64,000 nucleotides of DNA from Eledone cirrhosa (GCA_964016885.1 OZ024761.1:28520001-28584000), one strand, 5' to 3'. Positions 40,266 through 54,749 are shown, counted from the stretch's first letter. A program made the numbers and translations. Notes: generated from the letters alone by a model not told the origin.

Positions 40266-40546
40266 TGTGTGTGTGCGTGCGTGTGTGCGTATGTGCGTAT
40301 GTGTGTAACTGTGTGTGTCACTTTCAAGGGTTTAAGAAGACCATTAAAGGTGTGTATTGTTGTGAAACACCTGGTGCTATATTTCCATGAATGAAATTCC
40401 CTCAAGGGGCCAAAATATCTGCTCCTTACTCATCAATATTGCCTCTCATCTCAACATCTTTTCTATAGACATGGGATATACATCCACCCACTCACATATA
40501 CATATATACATACATATACATATATATATATATATGTATATATATT

Positions 40547-40590
<44 letters not shown>

Positions 40591-40618
40591 TATATATATA
40601 TATATATGTAGATGTAAA

Positions 40619-40658
<40 letters not shown>

Positions 40659-40980
40659 CACATATATATTCACAGAGATATATACAAATATACGCAGACA
40701 TTGATTACATGAGAGCAAGTTCGTACATATACATGCATATATATATATATATATATATATGCATATGTGTATATATATATATATGCATATGTGTGTATAT
40801 ATATATACACACATATGCATATACATATATATATATAAATATACACATATATATACACACACACACACATACATATGCATACATATATACATACATATGT
40901 ATACACACACATATATATATACGTATATACATACATATATATACACATATATACATACATATATATATACACATATATAC

Positions 40981-41012
<32 letters not shown>

Positions 41013-42095
41013 GCATACATACACACTAGGTTGCATATATATAAATACCTGGAACATTATCAACTCAAATAAAAGAATTCTTGTCACTTCGTGATTGAAT
41101 GACTAGAATTCTGTGAAGAATCCAATAAACCTTGCAGAATATATACATACATATATATACACACACATATACATACATATGTATATATACATAAACACAG
41201 ATATACATACATATATACATACACACACATATATACCTATATACATATATATATATATATACATAGATACACACATATACGTACATACACACAGAAATAC
41301 ATATATATACATACACACAGATACACATATACATACATATATACATATACACAAATATATACCTATATACATATATACATACATATATATATATATATAT
41401 ACACCCATACATAAACTCACATATATTCATACGTATAAACACACACACATTTATATATACATATATACCTCTATATATATACATACATATATGCATAGAT
41501 ATATACATATATATTTATATATACATATATACATACACACATACATACATGCATACATATATACCTATACATGTATGCATACACATATACGAAATTACAG
41601 ACAAATGCATACGTACATATTTATGTACAAACAATTACACACTTGTAAACATACACACATATATATACATGTATACATATACACATATATTTGCTTACGT
41701 ATGTATCTACACACACAAATATAAATATATATATTTATATATATATATATTATGCATACACACATACTGACACATATGTATGTATAAAGAAGTAGGAGGG
41801 GAAAAGTATCAGTATAAGATCAATATATCTTTTATTCACACATGACGCATGTTTCACTATCAATCGGCTCAAGGTAGAATCAGTAGTGATTGAGCCCATC
41901 TCTGGAATCGATACAACATATATGTGTGTGTGTGTGTGAAATGTGTGTGTGTGTGTGTATACATATCAATGAGAGTGAGGTTAGATGGATGAGTACATAG
42001 AAACAGAAACAATTTAATATTTACTACAAAGAGATCTTTATGTATGTGTCTGTGTGTATAAGTATCTGATGAATAACAGACAGATGGCCAGCTGG

Positions 42096-43025
42096 ATGGA
42101 TAGATAGATAGATAGATTTCTTTATTTGCCACAAGGGCGCACAAGAAAAGGGGGACAATACAAAGACATGCCGGGGATTTTACATGCAGTCGTGTAAAAA
42201 ATATAAAACAAACAACTATAACAATCGAAATCCCCAATAGGAGGGAAGCGCCACAAATGGGTTGTTTAATACCCCGTCGATAGAACAACCCTCAACTTCA
42301 GGAGCGTGTTGTGCAAGTGCTCTTTTCTTCCTTTTGCTCTCTTTTTTAACCTACAGGCTTATAAGCAGAGAAGGCCCAATCACTCGGGCCATTTTTTCCA
42401 CATTCACCCACCTTTCAGTAAATTTACTGGGATGCAGTGCCTCTCTCTCCACTCTGATTCTCCTTCTAAAGTCATACTTAAAGAAGGGAATCAATTGTTG
42501 TCCGAAGAGAAAGGCATCTGTCCTAAATTTGCCACAAGGGCGCACAAGAAATGGGACAATACAAGGACATATGGCGGAGATTTTACATGAAATCATGTAA
42601 AAAGAGTAAAATTATAACATTTAAAAAATTTAGCAATCGAAATTCCCAATAGGGGGGAGGCGTTACAACTGGTTTGTTTTACACCCTGTAGATAGAACAA
42701 CCCTCAACTCCAGGAGCATGTGTTGCAAGTGCTAATTTCTTCTTTTCCCTCTCTTCCTCAACCTACAGGTTTATATACAAAGAAGGCCCAATCACTCGGG
42801 CCATTCTCGCCACATTAACCCAAGATAGATAGATAGAAAGATAGATAGATAGGCAAAGATAACTTTCTTTTTATTTGCCACCAGGGCATCACAAAGTGGG
42901 ACAAGTACAATGGAGGGAGTTTACATAAAAAGGCGTCTTCAATAAGGAGGAGGCAATAACAAGATATAAAAATAAAATAAAATATAACAAAAATAAATTT
43001 AATAACAAAATCCTCAATAGGATAG
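42096..43025 (-). mobile_element. Three stacked 3' fragments of an L1/Tx1-like LINE associated with (GATA)n
   Basis: Repeated terminus tttgccacMagggc...gggaca. Minus-strand LFGQQLIPFFKYDFRRRIRVEREALHPSKFTERWVNVEKMARV. Confidence 0.7.
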
Positions 43026-43474
43026 GCAAAGATAGATAGATAGATAGATATAGATAGATAAATAAATAGATAGATAGATAAATGGATAGATAAATGGATA
43101 GATAGGCAGATATATATATATAGATATATATATAGAGAGAGATAGATAGATAGATAGATAGATAGATAGGTAGATATATAGATAAGTAGAGAGATATATA
43201 GATATAGACTACTTGATAGCTGATATTAAGGTGCTCCAAGGAAAACACAAGTGGTATTCTCATGACAATCAACTCGTCTGTTCCATGAGAAAAGGTCATT
43301 TGTTGTATAGGTTCCCTTTCCATACTCTAACTTAGAGTGGCTATGTACATCTATGTATATATGTGTATATGTATGTGTGCATATATATCTATACTCATGT
43401 GCGCACACATATACTTTATATATTCATATACATACATACACACACACATATATATATCATTTAATATAGGAATG

Positions 43475-43523
43475 ATTTCTACAGGACTAGATCTGTTTCA
43501 TTCATATGAAATCATCAGGAATT
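43475..43523 (-). ncRNA. Minimal type I HHR, intact core
   Basis: ttc-CTGATGA-tttc atat gaat-GAAA-cag atctagtc ctg-TA-gaa. Confidence 0.65.
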
Positions 43524-43824
43524 TACATATATGTATATATATATATATTCACACACACACATACATAAACATATATATACATATATACACAGACATATAT
43601 ATATACACATATATATATACATACATATATATATATATACATATATGTATAGATACACATATATATGCATGCATACATATATATGCATACATACATACAT
43701 ACATATATATGCATACATAGGTACGCACAGACACACGCACACACACATATATACACACACACACACACATATATATACACACACACACACACATATATAT
43801 ACACACACACACACACATATATAT

Positions 43825-43943
<119 letters not shown>

Positions 43944-44539
43944 TATATACACACATATATATATATATATATATATACATGCACACACACACACACATAT
44001 ATACATGCACATACACAGAAATAAATTATGCCCCATTTTTTCAAAATATTTTCTTGTCCTTTTCTGATTAATCATTGCTATGAGATTTTTAACAGAAACT
44101 TGATTAAGGTAAGTTATTCCTGTTGTAAATGTTTTTCAGACTCAATTAAGCCATTTCAATTCCACAAGCCTCTTCAATATATAGTAACAATAATACAGTC
44201 TCCTCCTCTCCAATAAGTAATTACATTGCCTGAAATAATTATTCCCTTTATGTTAATTGCCTTTTGGAAGTCTTAGTATATAGCACTTTGGTGCAATCAA
44301 ATATTAGCAGCATGTTAAAATCTAATATTGGATTAACAGAGAATTGCTTCAAGGCTTCCTCTTATTAATATTTTAATGCTTTCAAGACACCAGAAGGAAA
44401 AAAAGATGTCCAAACATACTTTTCTGAGAATATTTCTTTCTCAAAGAAACATGGCTAGCAGCATTTCAGATCAAATGATTACACTTCTAGCACACTTTCC
44501 CCATATGTACATATGTTACCTGATGTGTGTGTGTGTGGA

Positions 44540-44797
44540 ATGATCAAGAAGATCCCAGACCTCATATGCTTGGCGATTGGGCTGGACCTCGTCAAATCGG
44601 ACCAAGGAAACTATGTCTCCATTGGTCTTTCCATTGCTGATACTATCTTCCGATTGCAGCACCTGGCAGATGGAGCAACGTGAAATAAAGTGTCCTGCCC
44701 AAGAACATGATGCATCACCCGGTCCAAAAATTGGACCTGCAACCTTACAATTTAGAATCCAACTCTCTAATCCTAAAGCCACAAGCCTTCACGTGCC
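44540..44797 (-). mobile_element. SINE family B
   Basis: Homologous to 17974-18181. Confidence 0.7.
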
Positions 44798-45224
44798 TGA
44801 TGTATCAATTTTATTTCAAAACACCCATGGCTTAAACAAAAGGTCTGAAATGCTGTGCAACTGTCGGCACTTTTAAAAAATATTATATTACAACTATGTA
44901 CCCCCAACTAGATGACTTCCAGATTATTCTGAATAGTTAAACCATTTAATTTCATCAGTTCAGTTTTTTGAGATTTCTTTTAGTTTCAAAAACCCAATGA
45001 GAAGTCCAAACATGAAATATTAACCACATTTCACACTGTTCTTTTAGTGCATGGCATGGGCCCATAACTCCTGATGGAGTTTTAAGGATATCATTTTGGC
45101 ATACAACATTTCTAGGGTATGTTTAAACCTGGTAGTGCCCATCTCACTTCAGACCTGAATACAGCAGATTTCTTCCAGAAAAGCATAGACAGTGAGAAAG
45201 AGATATAAAGGAAGAATCAACTCA

Positions 45225-45362
45225 AGTACTATTTTATCAATCTCAAATAGATGAAAGGCAAAGTTGACCTCAGTGGGATTTGAACTCAGAGAGTAGAGAG
45301 CGTAAACAAATAATGCAAAGCATTCTATCTAACGTTCTAATGACTCTGCTAATTTACTGCCG
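45225..45362 (-). mobile_element. SINE family D, diverged
   Basis: gatgaaaggcaaagttgacctcagtgggatttgaactcaga. Confidence 0.75.
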
Positions 45363-45493
45363 TAAGTATTTTAGCACTCACCTCTAAATACAGACAATTT
45401 AAGTATTTCTTACAGGTGAGTGTGAGTGTGGGGGGGGGGGATGATTTACAAGATGCATTTAGTGCAGATGACACACACACACATATATGTAAG

Positions 45494-45538
<45 letters not shown>

Positions 45539-45544
45539 TATATA

Positions 45545-45593
<49 letters not shown>

Positions 45594-46797
45594 CAGGGTG
45601 TGGATGATATTTGTTCGCAATTTTCAACTGCTAATTTTATGCAAATTTTTTTTACTTCCGTTATCACTCTTGTCTTCATAAAAACAGTGACTATATTTCC
45701 ATTATTTATTTTCAGAATAATTGATTATGAATAATTTTGATCCTCCAAATTTGTGGAAGAGACACGGAGTTCTTCTTGGAATCCGCACCGGGAGGACAAA
45801 TAAGGAAATTTCAGACTTTCTCAGCGTCAGCAGGAGAATGGTGGAAAAGGTCAGAAAGGAAATGGAAGATTCAGGATTCGATTACGAAGCAACATCAGAG
45901 AGGAAAACATATGATCGACGATCTGACGCCTTCAGAACGCCCGAGTTCATTGCTGAAGTTCAGGATATCATCAACAATGAACCTCACAAGTCGATGCGTG
46001 CCATTCCAAGGGAGAAAGGCGTGGATGAAAAGCTCATTAGGCTGGTGGTACATGAAGACATTTGCTAGGTATCATACAAGATGAGGAAAGGGCAATTTCT
46101 GTCAAAGGCGATGCAAGAAAAGCGACTGAAGCATGCAAAGAAGCTGATCAACAAGTTGAAACACCCACTGGAGCCAGACATGCTGTGGTTTTTCTCCGAC
46201 GAGAAAAACTTCTGCCAAGACCAGAAGATCAACTCCCAGAACAACAGGTGGCTCGCTGTCTCATCCATAGACGTTCCCAGAGTCATGCAGACAAAGTTTC
46301 CAGCGACAACATTGGTCTTAGGTGTCGTCAGCAGTCAAGGTGACGTCATGCCACTTCACTTCTTCCGTGAGGGCCTCAAGCTGAACACCGATGACTACAT
46401 CCACGTTCTGAGCGAGGTAGTAAAACCCTAGATCGACCAGGTAGCTACAGGTAGGCCCGTACGTATGGCAAGCAAGACTCAGCGCCCTGCCATTCCAGCC
46501 GAAAGACCCAAGCCTGGCTGTCAGAGAACTTCGTCGACCACACTTCACCTGACATCTGGCCTCCCAGCTCGCCTGACTGCAACCCCCTCGACTTCTTTGT
46601 GTGAGGCGCAGTGGAACGAGACACCAACAGATTTAGCTGCAATACGATAGACGATCTGAAGGCCAGAATCACTAGTGCCTTTAGGGGCCAGGTCGGGGGA
46701 CAGGGACGAAGTTTGATAAATATATCTTAAAAAATAAAACTACTGTGTTATTTTTTCCTAGACAGTAATCTTGCAAACAAATATCGTCCACACCCTG
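45594..46797 (+). mobile_element. Tc1/mariner-superfamily DNA transposon, DD37D (maT) family, 1204 bp, TA TSD
   Basis: TIRs cagggtgtggaYgatatttgttYgcaa at both ends, each flanked by TA. Confidence 0.93.
45727..46690 (+). pseudogene. DD37D transposase with frameshifts and nonsense codons
   Basis: WFFSDEKNF, QDSAPCH, WPPSSPDCNPLDFF; 37 residues between the second and third Asp. Stops at about 46066, 46429 and 46602. Confidence 0.9.
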
Positions 46798-46942
46798 TAT
46801 AACATATCTATATATATATATATATCATATATACATGCATAAATATATATATATATATCATGTATACATGCATAGCAATACATACACATATTTAGTCATA
46901 AATACATATAAACCTATATATACATACATATCTACTGATGAT

Positions 46943-46975
<33 letters not shown>

Positions 46976-47034
46976 CAAACACATGCAAACACACATCTGA
47001 CAGATGTTAGACAATGATATTGATGTTGATGACA

Positions 47035-47114
47035 ATGATGATATTGACAACGATGATGATGATGATGATGATAGTGAAAATATCGGTCGATGATGGTGAT
47101 AACGATGATGATGG

Positions 47115-47152
<38 letters not shown>

Positions 47153-47350
47153 GTGATAATGATGACGACGATAAAGAAGATGATAATGATGATGAGAGTG
47201 GAGGTGGCGGTGATGGTGATAATGATAATGGTAATGGTGATGGTGATAATGGTGATGACGACAAAGATGCTGATAATTACGATGCTGACAAGGGAGATAA
47301 TGACGACAACAATGACGACGATGACAACATCGATGACGAAAATGATGATG
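47035..47350. repeat. (GAT)n compound microsatellite
   Basis: Direct observation. Confidence 0.9.
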
Positions 47351-47622
47351 TCACAGTCTGTAGCTCTTTTCAAAGTAGCTGCTGCCCATCACAAACTCCA
47401 TTTGCAATTTATTCTCATCACTGCGTTGACACAAACGCATCTAACGACTCACACATCTCCAGCCGACACCAGACAAGAGTGAAAACGGACAGCAAAGGTG
47501 ACCCACAGGTCAGCCATCGGTTCCACAGACAACATTTTGGCCATTATTACACAGACATCAGATTAAGAAAGGGTGCATTAACTTCCATTTCGTTTATCAA
47601 TGAATCAATGTGTCGTTCTCAC

Positions 47623-47700
<78 letters not shown>

Positions 47701-48187
47701 TATACATATATATACATATATATATATACACATATATATATACATATACATATATACATACATATACATACATACATATATATATATACATATATATATA
47801 TACATATATATATATACATACATATACATATACATATATATATATACATATATATATACATACATACATATACATATATATATACATACATACATATATA
47901 TATACATACATACATATATACATATACATACATATATACATACATACATATATATATACATACATACATATATATATACATACATACATACATATATATA
48001 TATACATACATACATATATATATACCTATATATGTATACATATATAGGTATACATATACATATATATACATATACATATATACATATACATATATACATA
48101 TATATATACATATATATATATATTTATACATATATATATATACATACATATATATATATACACATATATACATACATATATACATAC

Positions 48188-48220
<33 letters not shown>

Positions 48221-48999
48221 GATACATATATATATATACATAGATACATATATATATATACATATATATATATATACATATACATACATACATATATATA
48301 TACATATATATACATATGTATGTGTGTGTGTACATATATGTGTCTGTGTGTAAGTATATGTCTGATATATATAAGTGCACCAATATATATATATATAGAT
48401 AAATAGATATAGACATATAGATATATATAAACAGATGTAGGCACATATGCACTGATATATTCAGATATACACATACATGTATCTCTGTATGCATATGTGT
48501 ATGTATGTATATATATATATGTATATTATATGTATGTATATGAGCATAACTATGAATAGAACCCCCCCCCCCCTTCCAATAATCTGCTAGAAGTGGGTTA
48601 AAGGGTTGCATTTTTGTTGTTGTTTTGTAACCTAATTCACCTCTTGCACTCCAGTATGTATAAAAATATAAGGCTACACACACACATCTATATACATATG
48701 TGTGTGTATATATATATGACTAAATATATACGTACATATGTGTATATGAATATATATATATAAATACATACATAGATACACAGATATATCGATATGTGAG
48801 CATGTGTATGTGTCAATGAGTAAGTGCATGAATAAATTTATATGGCTGCTTTATCAGGGACTAATGGAATGGACTAACATTTGTACGTGTGTGTACATGT
48901 GTGTAGATATATGTGTATGTCTGTATGTAAGTGTATGTGTGCATATGTGTATGTATATGTATGTGTGTATATATATATATACATGTACATATATATATA

Positions 49000-49440
49000 T
49001 ATGATGATGATGATATATGTAGATAGATATATACATACACACACACATACATATATCTTCACATACGGACATATATATATATATATACATATGATGATGA
49101 TGATGATATATGTAGATAGATATATACATACACACACACATACATATATCTTCACATACGGACATATATATATATATACATATGATGATGATGATGATAT
49201 ATGTAGATAGATATATACATACACACACACATACATATATCTTCACATACGGACATATATATATATATATATACATATGATGATGATGATGATATATGTA
49301 GATAGATATATACATACACACACACATACATATATCTTCACATATGGACATATATATATATATATATACATATGATGATGATGATGATATATGTAGATAG
49401 ATATATACATACACACACACATACATATATCTTCACATAC

Positions 49441-49450
<10 letters not shown>
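49000..49450. repeat. 5 copies of a ~92-bp higher-order repeat built from microsatellite blocks
   Basis: (atg)n-atatatgtagatagatatatacat(ac)n-atatcttcacataYggac-(at)n repeated. Confidence 0.9.
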
Positions 49451-49475
<25 letters not shown>

Positions 49476-49886
49476 AGTTTGATAGGTTTTGGCCAGTATT
49501 GACCCAGGCCATGTCTAACTTAAAAGCACCACCTGGCGAAGCCTTTTAAATCATGATTGAACACTATGGCCCAATCAAACAGATAGTTATGTTCTAAGAC
49601 ATATCTGAGAGTAGAGTGTTTATCTAGAAGTTCTTGTAGGAATTTCTCCAAAGACATTATGAATTTTATGGGATCTGTTATTGATAAAATTAAGATATAT
49701 ATATAAAAATAGGCAACAACTTAGCTATGTCCAGATCTGGAAAAGAAATGGGCTCAGCTAAGGTTAACAGTTTTGTTAGCAATGGACCAAAAGCGGGCCC
49801 TAATTCTATGAAATAAAATCACCCATTTTAAAGGTTTCCAATTTAAATTAAATTCCTCCAACATTGTATTTGCCAGTGAGTAATAA

Positions 49887-50600
49887 TAATTGTTTCTACT
49901 TTTGCCACAAGGCCAGCCATCACCCCCAGCGTATTACTGGTACTTTATTTTATCGACCCCGTAAGGATGAAAGGTAAAGTTAACCTCGGCGGGATTTGAA
50001 CTCAGACCATAAAGGGCCGTAACTCTTTGCTACAAAACATGGCGTCAGACCCTCCACCGATACTGCCAATATAGTAGAAAATAATTGTTTCTACTTTTAG
50101 CACAAGGCCAGCTATTACTCCAGTGTATTACTGGTACTTTATTTTATCGACCCCCCGGAAAGATGGAAGGCAAAGTTAACCTCGGCGGGATTTGAAATCA
50201 GACCGTAAAGGGCCGTAACTCTATGCTGCTAAGCATGGCGTCCGACCCTCTACCGATACTGCCAAACCACCGCCTATTGTGAGTGAATAATAATAATTGT
50301 TTCTACTTTAGGCACAAGGCCAGCAATTATCCAGTACATTACTGGTACTTTATTTTATCGACCCCGTAAGGATGAAAGGCAAAGTTAACCTTGGCGGGAT
50401 TTGAGTGAATAATAATAATAGTGGATTGACAGTATTGGTAGAGTGTCAGACACCATGCTTTGCAGCATAGAGTTATGGCCCTTTACATTCTGAGTTCAAA
50501 TCCCGCCGAGGTTAACTTTGCCTTTCATCCTTATGTGGTCGATAAAATAAAGTAATGCACTCGGGTAATTACTGGGCATGTACCAAAAGTAGACACAATT
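49887..50600. mobile_element. SINE D cluster: 49887-50070(-), 50081-50274(-), 50298-50401(-, truncated, TSD tgagtgaataataataat), 50420-50600(+)
   Basis: Four copies of the family D body. Confidence 0.88.
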
Positions 50601-50821
50601 ATTAATATTTGTTTTGTTTGCAAGCAAACAGCTTCATTAACACACTGTGTGATGATGACCATTTCATCCTTTTGTTGCAGCAGTAGCTTAGAGAAAACAG
50701 TTGAAAATTGTTTTCGAGTTGTTCCTGTTATTGAGACTTCCAATATCATTTTGCATTAAGTTACTATCTTAGTAATGAAATAATAATTTTAGTAAATCCC
50801 TCCAAATTATTCATTAATTAA

Positions 50822-51042
50822 CACTTTAGTATTTGCATTACTCTATATATACTATAGTATTTTCATAGTGAAGTCTTTATCTTACATAATTATCTCACAT
50901 AATATCGAATCTAGGAGATTTTGATATTATTTAGTTTGAGAACAATACTTTAACATCGGTATCAATAGCTAGTTAGATTCAGTTTAGACAGAAAAAGGTG
51001 AGGAAATTCTGGTCTGATATGGCTGGTTTAAATGCTAAAGGG
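50822..51042. mobile_element. Nested TTAA-flanked MITE
   Basis: ttaa-cactttagtattt...aaatgctaaaggg-ttaa. Confidence 0.7.
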
Positions 51043-51104
51043 TTAATTGAAGTAGAGTATTTCATTAAAAATATGGTCATGAAAGGGTTAAAATGCCCAA
51101 GACA

Positions 51105-51340
51105 TGCTATATAAGAATATGATGTATATGGATGATCATTGCAGAGTAAAGAAAAGCCAAGAATTTCCGAGTGGAAGGAAGCTACAGTAGAGGAAGACTT
51201 GGAGAGAGATTGTGAGAGCTGTTCTCAAGTCACTGAAGCTCACAAATAGAGAAGATTAAGGAATGCAACAAGTAAAGAGATCCGGTGTTGGAGAAGACCC
51301 ATCCAAGCTAGCAAACATGGATGTAAAACGATGATGATAA
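51105..51340 (+). mobile_element. RTE-clade LINE 3' end, decayed
   Basis: KKAKNFRVEGSYSRGR..WREIVRAVLKSLKL; tail acccatccaagctagcaaacatggatgtaaaacgatgatga. Confidence 0.65.
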
Positions 51341-51376
51341 TGACATGTATGTCTGTATGTATGTATGTATATATAT

Positions 51377-51435
<59 letters not shown>

Positions 51436-51438
<3 letters not shown>

Positions 51439-51605
51439 TTAACCCCGACGGCTATTTCTGGACTGAGTCCAGAAATAGCTGTCAAAACGGCTTGGGCTCT
51501 GCCATCGGAGTTAAACATTTTCCTATTACCCACTCTTCTAACCTAAGTATTGAGTACTCTGGTGCATCATGGTCTATCTGGTTCCTTACCACACATCCTT
51601 CATTA
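51436..51605 (+). mobile_element. Family E fold-back element
   Basis: Hairpin gacggctatttctggac-tga-gtccagaaatagctgtc followed by the family E 3' sequence. Confidence 0.8.
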
Positions 51606-52451
51606 TATCTATATATATATGTGTGTGTGTGTGTATGTATGTATGTACATGGTGGCTGTCAACTCGTTTTCAAGTACAGCCACCACTTTATATCCATGTA
51701 GGAGAACCCCTACCGATGCGCTCAACGAGTGTGACTTTTTAGTCCAGCCAGCGACTTGAAAACTCTGGTACAAACACTACACTTGTGACATACATACATA
51801 TATACATACATACATATATATACATGCATATATATATAATATTTATTATATATATATATATATAAAAATAATATTTATATATATATATATATATAAATAA
51901 ATATATATATATTTGCGTTACGTTTCGCTTTATCTACCCACCGAAATGCGATTCTTGCTGAATTTATATTTGTATGTATATATATATATATATATATAAA
52001 TGATATATATATACACACATATATATATAAAGTTAGATATATAATATTCATTATATATATACATATATATGTAATATTTATTATACATATATATATATAA
52101 TAAGTATTATATAATAGATATAGGAAACCAATCATTTCTGAACATTGTTGTTGTTATATATATACTATTTATATATCTATATATACTATTTATATATATT
52201 CTTCTGTTTTCCATATATTTATTTTCCTTGTTCCTTCTTCGTTCATTCAGTTCCTACAAATTTTATTTTTACTTATATTTTTTTTTTTTTTACTTTTATT
52301 TTTTTTTTCATTTCTTTACATTTTCATTTTTTTTTTTTTTTTTTTTTTCTCTTTTCACCGTTTTAACCCCCGAAATATTGCTTCTTGTTGGCAGAGATAA
52401 CTTTAGATATATGATTATTATTATTAATCATGACAAAAGGATATTTCCTAG

Positions 52452-52465
52452 GTTGCCATGGCAAC
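52452..52465. promoter_or_regulatory. Perfect RFX X-box
   Basis: GTTGCCATGGCAAC, the canonical 14-bp palindrome, in a non-repetitive island. Confidence 0.6.
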
Positions 52466-52521
52466 AGGCATTACTGTTGAAATGATTACATCAGTCAGTT
52501 AGGCCAAGCAGATGCCATTTT

Positions 52522-52567
<46 letters not shown>

Positions 52568-52719
52568 CTTATCTACAAACATTTCTCATTTATTTATATA
52601 TATATACACACACATATATATATATATGTATATATATACACATACATATATATATATACACACATATATATATAATTTCTCATATGCATACATTACTTAT
52701 ATATATTTATATATATATT

Positions 52720-52783
<64 letters not shown>

Positions 52784-53272
52784 TGATATATATATGTATA
52801 CATGTTTCTACACCAGAAATCTTAATATCAAAATATCTTCTCCTTAGCTTTTTTTTTTTCTTTTGTCTTCTGGCAGATTTTTTTTTCCCCATTTTTTTTT
52901 TATTTCTTCATTTTCCTTTCTTGGGTGGTGCATGTATGTGTGTATGGGGTGGTGTATGTATGTGTGTGTATGGGGTGGTGTATGTATGTGTGTGTATGGG
53001 GTGGTGTATGTATGTGTGTGTATGGGGTGGTGTATGTATGTGTTTGTAGGATGGTGGTTGTGTCATGGAGAGTTTGTATGTTTTTTTTATTTTTATTTGG
53101 TCTATGATGGTGTTTTTACTTGGATTTCTGGTGATTTATTATTTTTTGGATGAGGGGGCGAGGTGGGGTTGGCGGGAGTTATTATTTATTTATTTATTTA
53201 TTTTTGTGGTTTGATTGAGGTTAGTTTGTTTGCTGGTGAAGGATTCGTGTATATTTGTGTGTATGTGCGTGC

Positions 53273-53320
<48 letters not shown>

Positions 53321-53385
53321 TTTTATGTATATACATATATATATATTTATATATATATATATGCATATATATTTATATGTGTGTG

Positions 53386-53459
<74 letters not shown>

Positions 53460-54099
53460 CACACATATAAATATATATGCATATATATATATATATAAAT
53501 ATATATATATATGTATATACATAAAATGATGATGATGATGCTACACACACATATATATATATCTATATATATATATATACATAAATATATAAATATATAT
53601 ATACATAAATATATATATACATAAATATATATACATAAATATATAAATATATATGTATACCTACATACATAAATATATATATAAATATACATATAAGTAT
53701 ATATATGTATATATATATTTATTTATATAAATATATTTATGTATACATACACACATCATCATCAGCTGCATCATATTATAGTCCAAGTCAGTTTGTATTT
53801 AAAATGACTGCCCTCTTAAATATGTCGTGGATCATGTCATGCTCATATGTTCAGAATCTTAGCAATCTTTCTGCAACTGGCTGACTTTCACAAACCATCA
53901 ACTTTGCAGAAGGTACCTGGTGCATTTTTATAATTGCATCAACACTAGAGCAGTTTGTTATGCATATTTATGCACAACAAACCAAGCATATTAGAAAAAA
54001 CAAAAAAATCTCAGATATATTTACTATCGCTATAAGCCTTGCTGTGAAAATTCAAACAAATATACAAAACCTTCTTTCATTCTCTTTCATAATCATCAT

Positions 54100-54320
54100 G
54101 AACATCACCGTTTTAAGTTCATTTTCCACACTAGCATGGGTTAAACAAGTTGTCCTGTTGTGGACAATGCTAGGTCAGGTGTCCATGTGCTGCTCATACA
54201 GAGTTGATTTTGGCTTGGTTTCTACAGTTTGATGCCCTTTTTAATGCCAACCTCATTTACAGTGAGTAGTGGGGGGAGGGGGCTTTTTGTTGTGACACCT
54301 ACACGACCACTTTACAGTGT
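54100..54320 (-). mobile_element. Diverged SINE A-related fragment
   Basis: ggcttggtttctacagtttgatgccc...ccaacctcatttacagtgagt. Confidence 0.7.
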
Positions 54321-54584
54321 GGACTCTTTATACTCAGAAACCCCATCCCCCACAAAACATACATCATCATCATCATCATCATTTATCATCTATTCTAGAT
54401 GATGATGATGTTTTTTATACATACTCTCAGATCTCAAATAATGGCCCAGCCCTATCCCCTGCTCTTATTCCTGCCCCAACCCCCACCCCATGCTTATTAA
54501 ATATCCCCCCCCCCCCCGCCATCACCTGCTCTTTTTCCACCACCCCGATGCTTATTAAATATTGGTTTCTGATTCAGGTCGATT

Positions 54585-54749
54585 AATTCGACCCTAGTGC
54601 ATTACTGGTACTTTATTTTATCGGCCCTCGTTAGGATGAAAGGCAAAGCTAACCTTGACAGGATTTGACCTTAGATTGTAAAGGGCCATAACTCTATGCT
54701 GCAAAGCATGTTGTCCGACGCTGTACCGATACTGCTAATCCACTGCCCT
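54585..54749 (-). mobile_element. SINE family D
   Basis: ttactggtactttattttatcg...ggatgaaaggcaaag...accgatactgc. Confidence 0.85.

Larger units (their letters stand above)
49764..51091. mobile_element. TTAA-MITE interrupted by four SINE D copies and a nested TTAA-MITE
   Basis: Left and right parts match 2942-3147; ends gtcatgaaagggttaa. Confidence 0.65.

Noticed and set aside
41049-41131. Minus-strand exon candidate (also 43213-43330, 44030-44460, 53770-53920, and 19050-19210 on +)
   Set aside because: Stops in most frames or no recognisable homology, and phases do not link into a coherent gene model.
41843-41910. Minus-strand hairpin followed by GAAA-catgcg-TC
   Set aside because: No CUGANGA core and only one copy seen; not counted as an HHR.
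45400-45425. Plus-strand ttcttacag|gtgagt ratchet-like site
   Set aside because: Short pyrimidine tract and it runs into GT-repeat sequence; likely chance.
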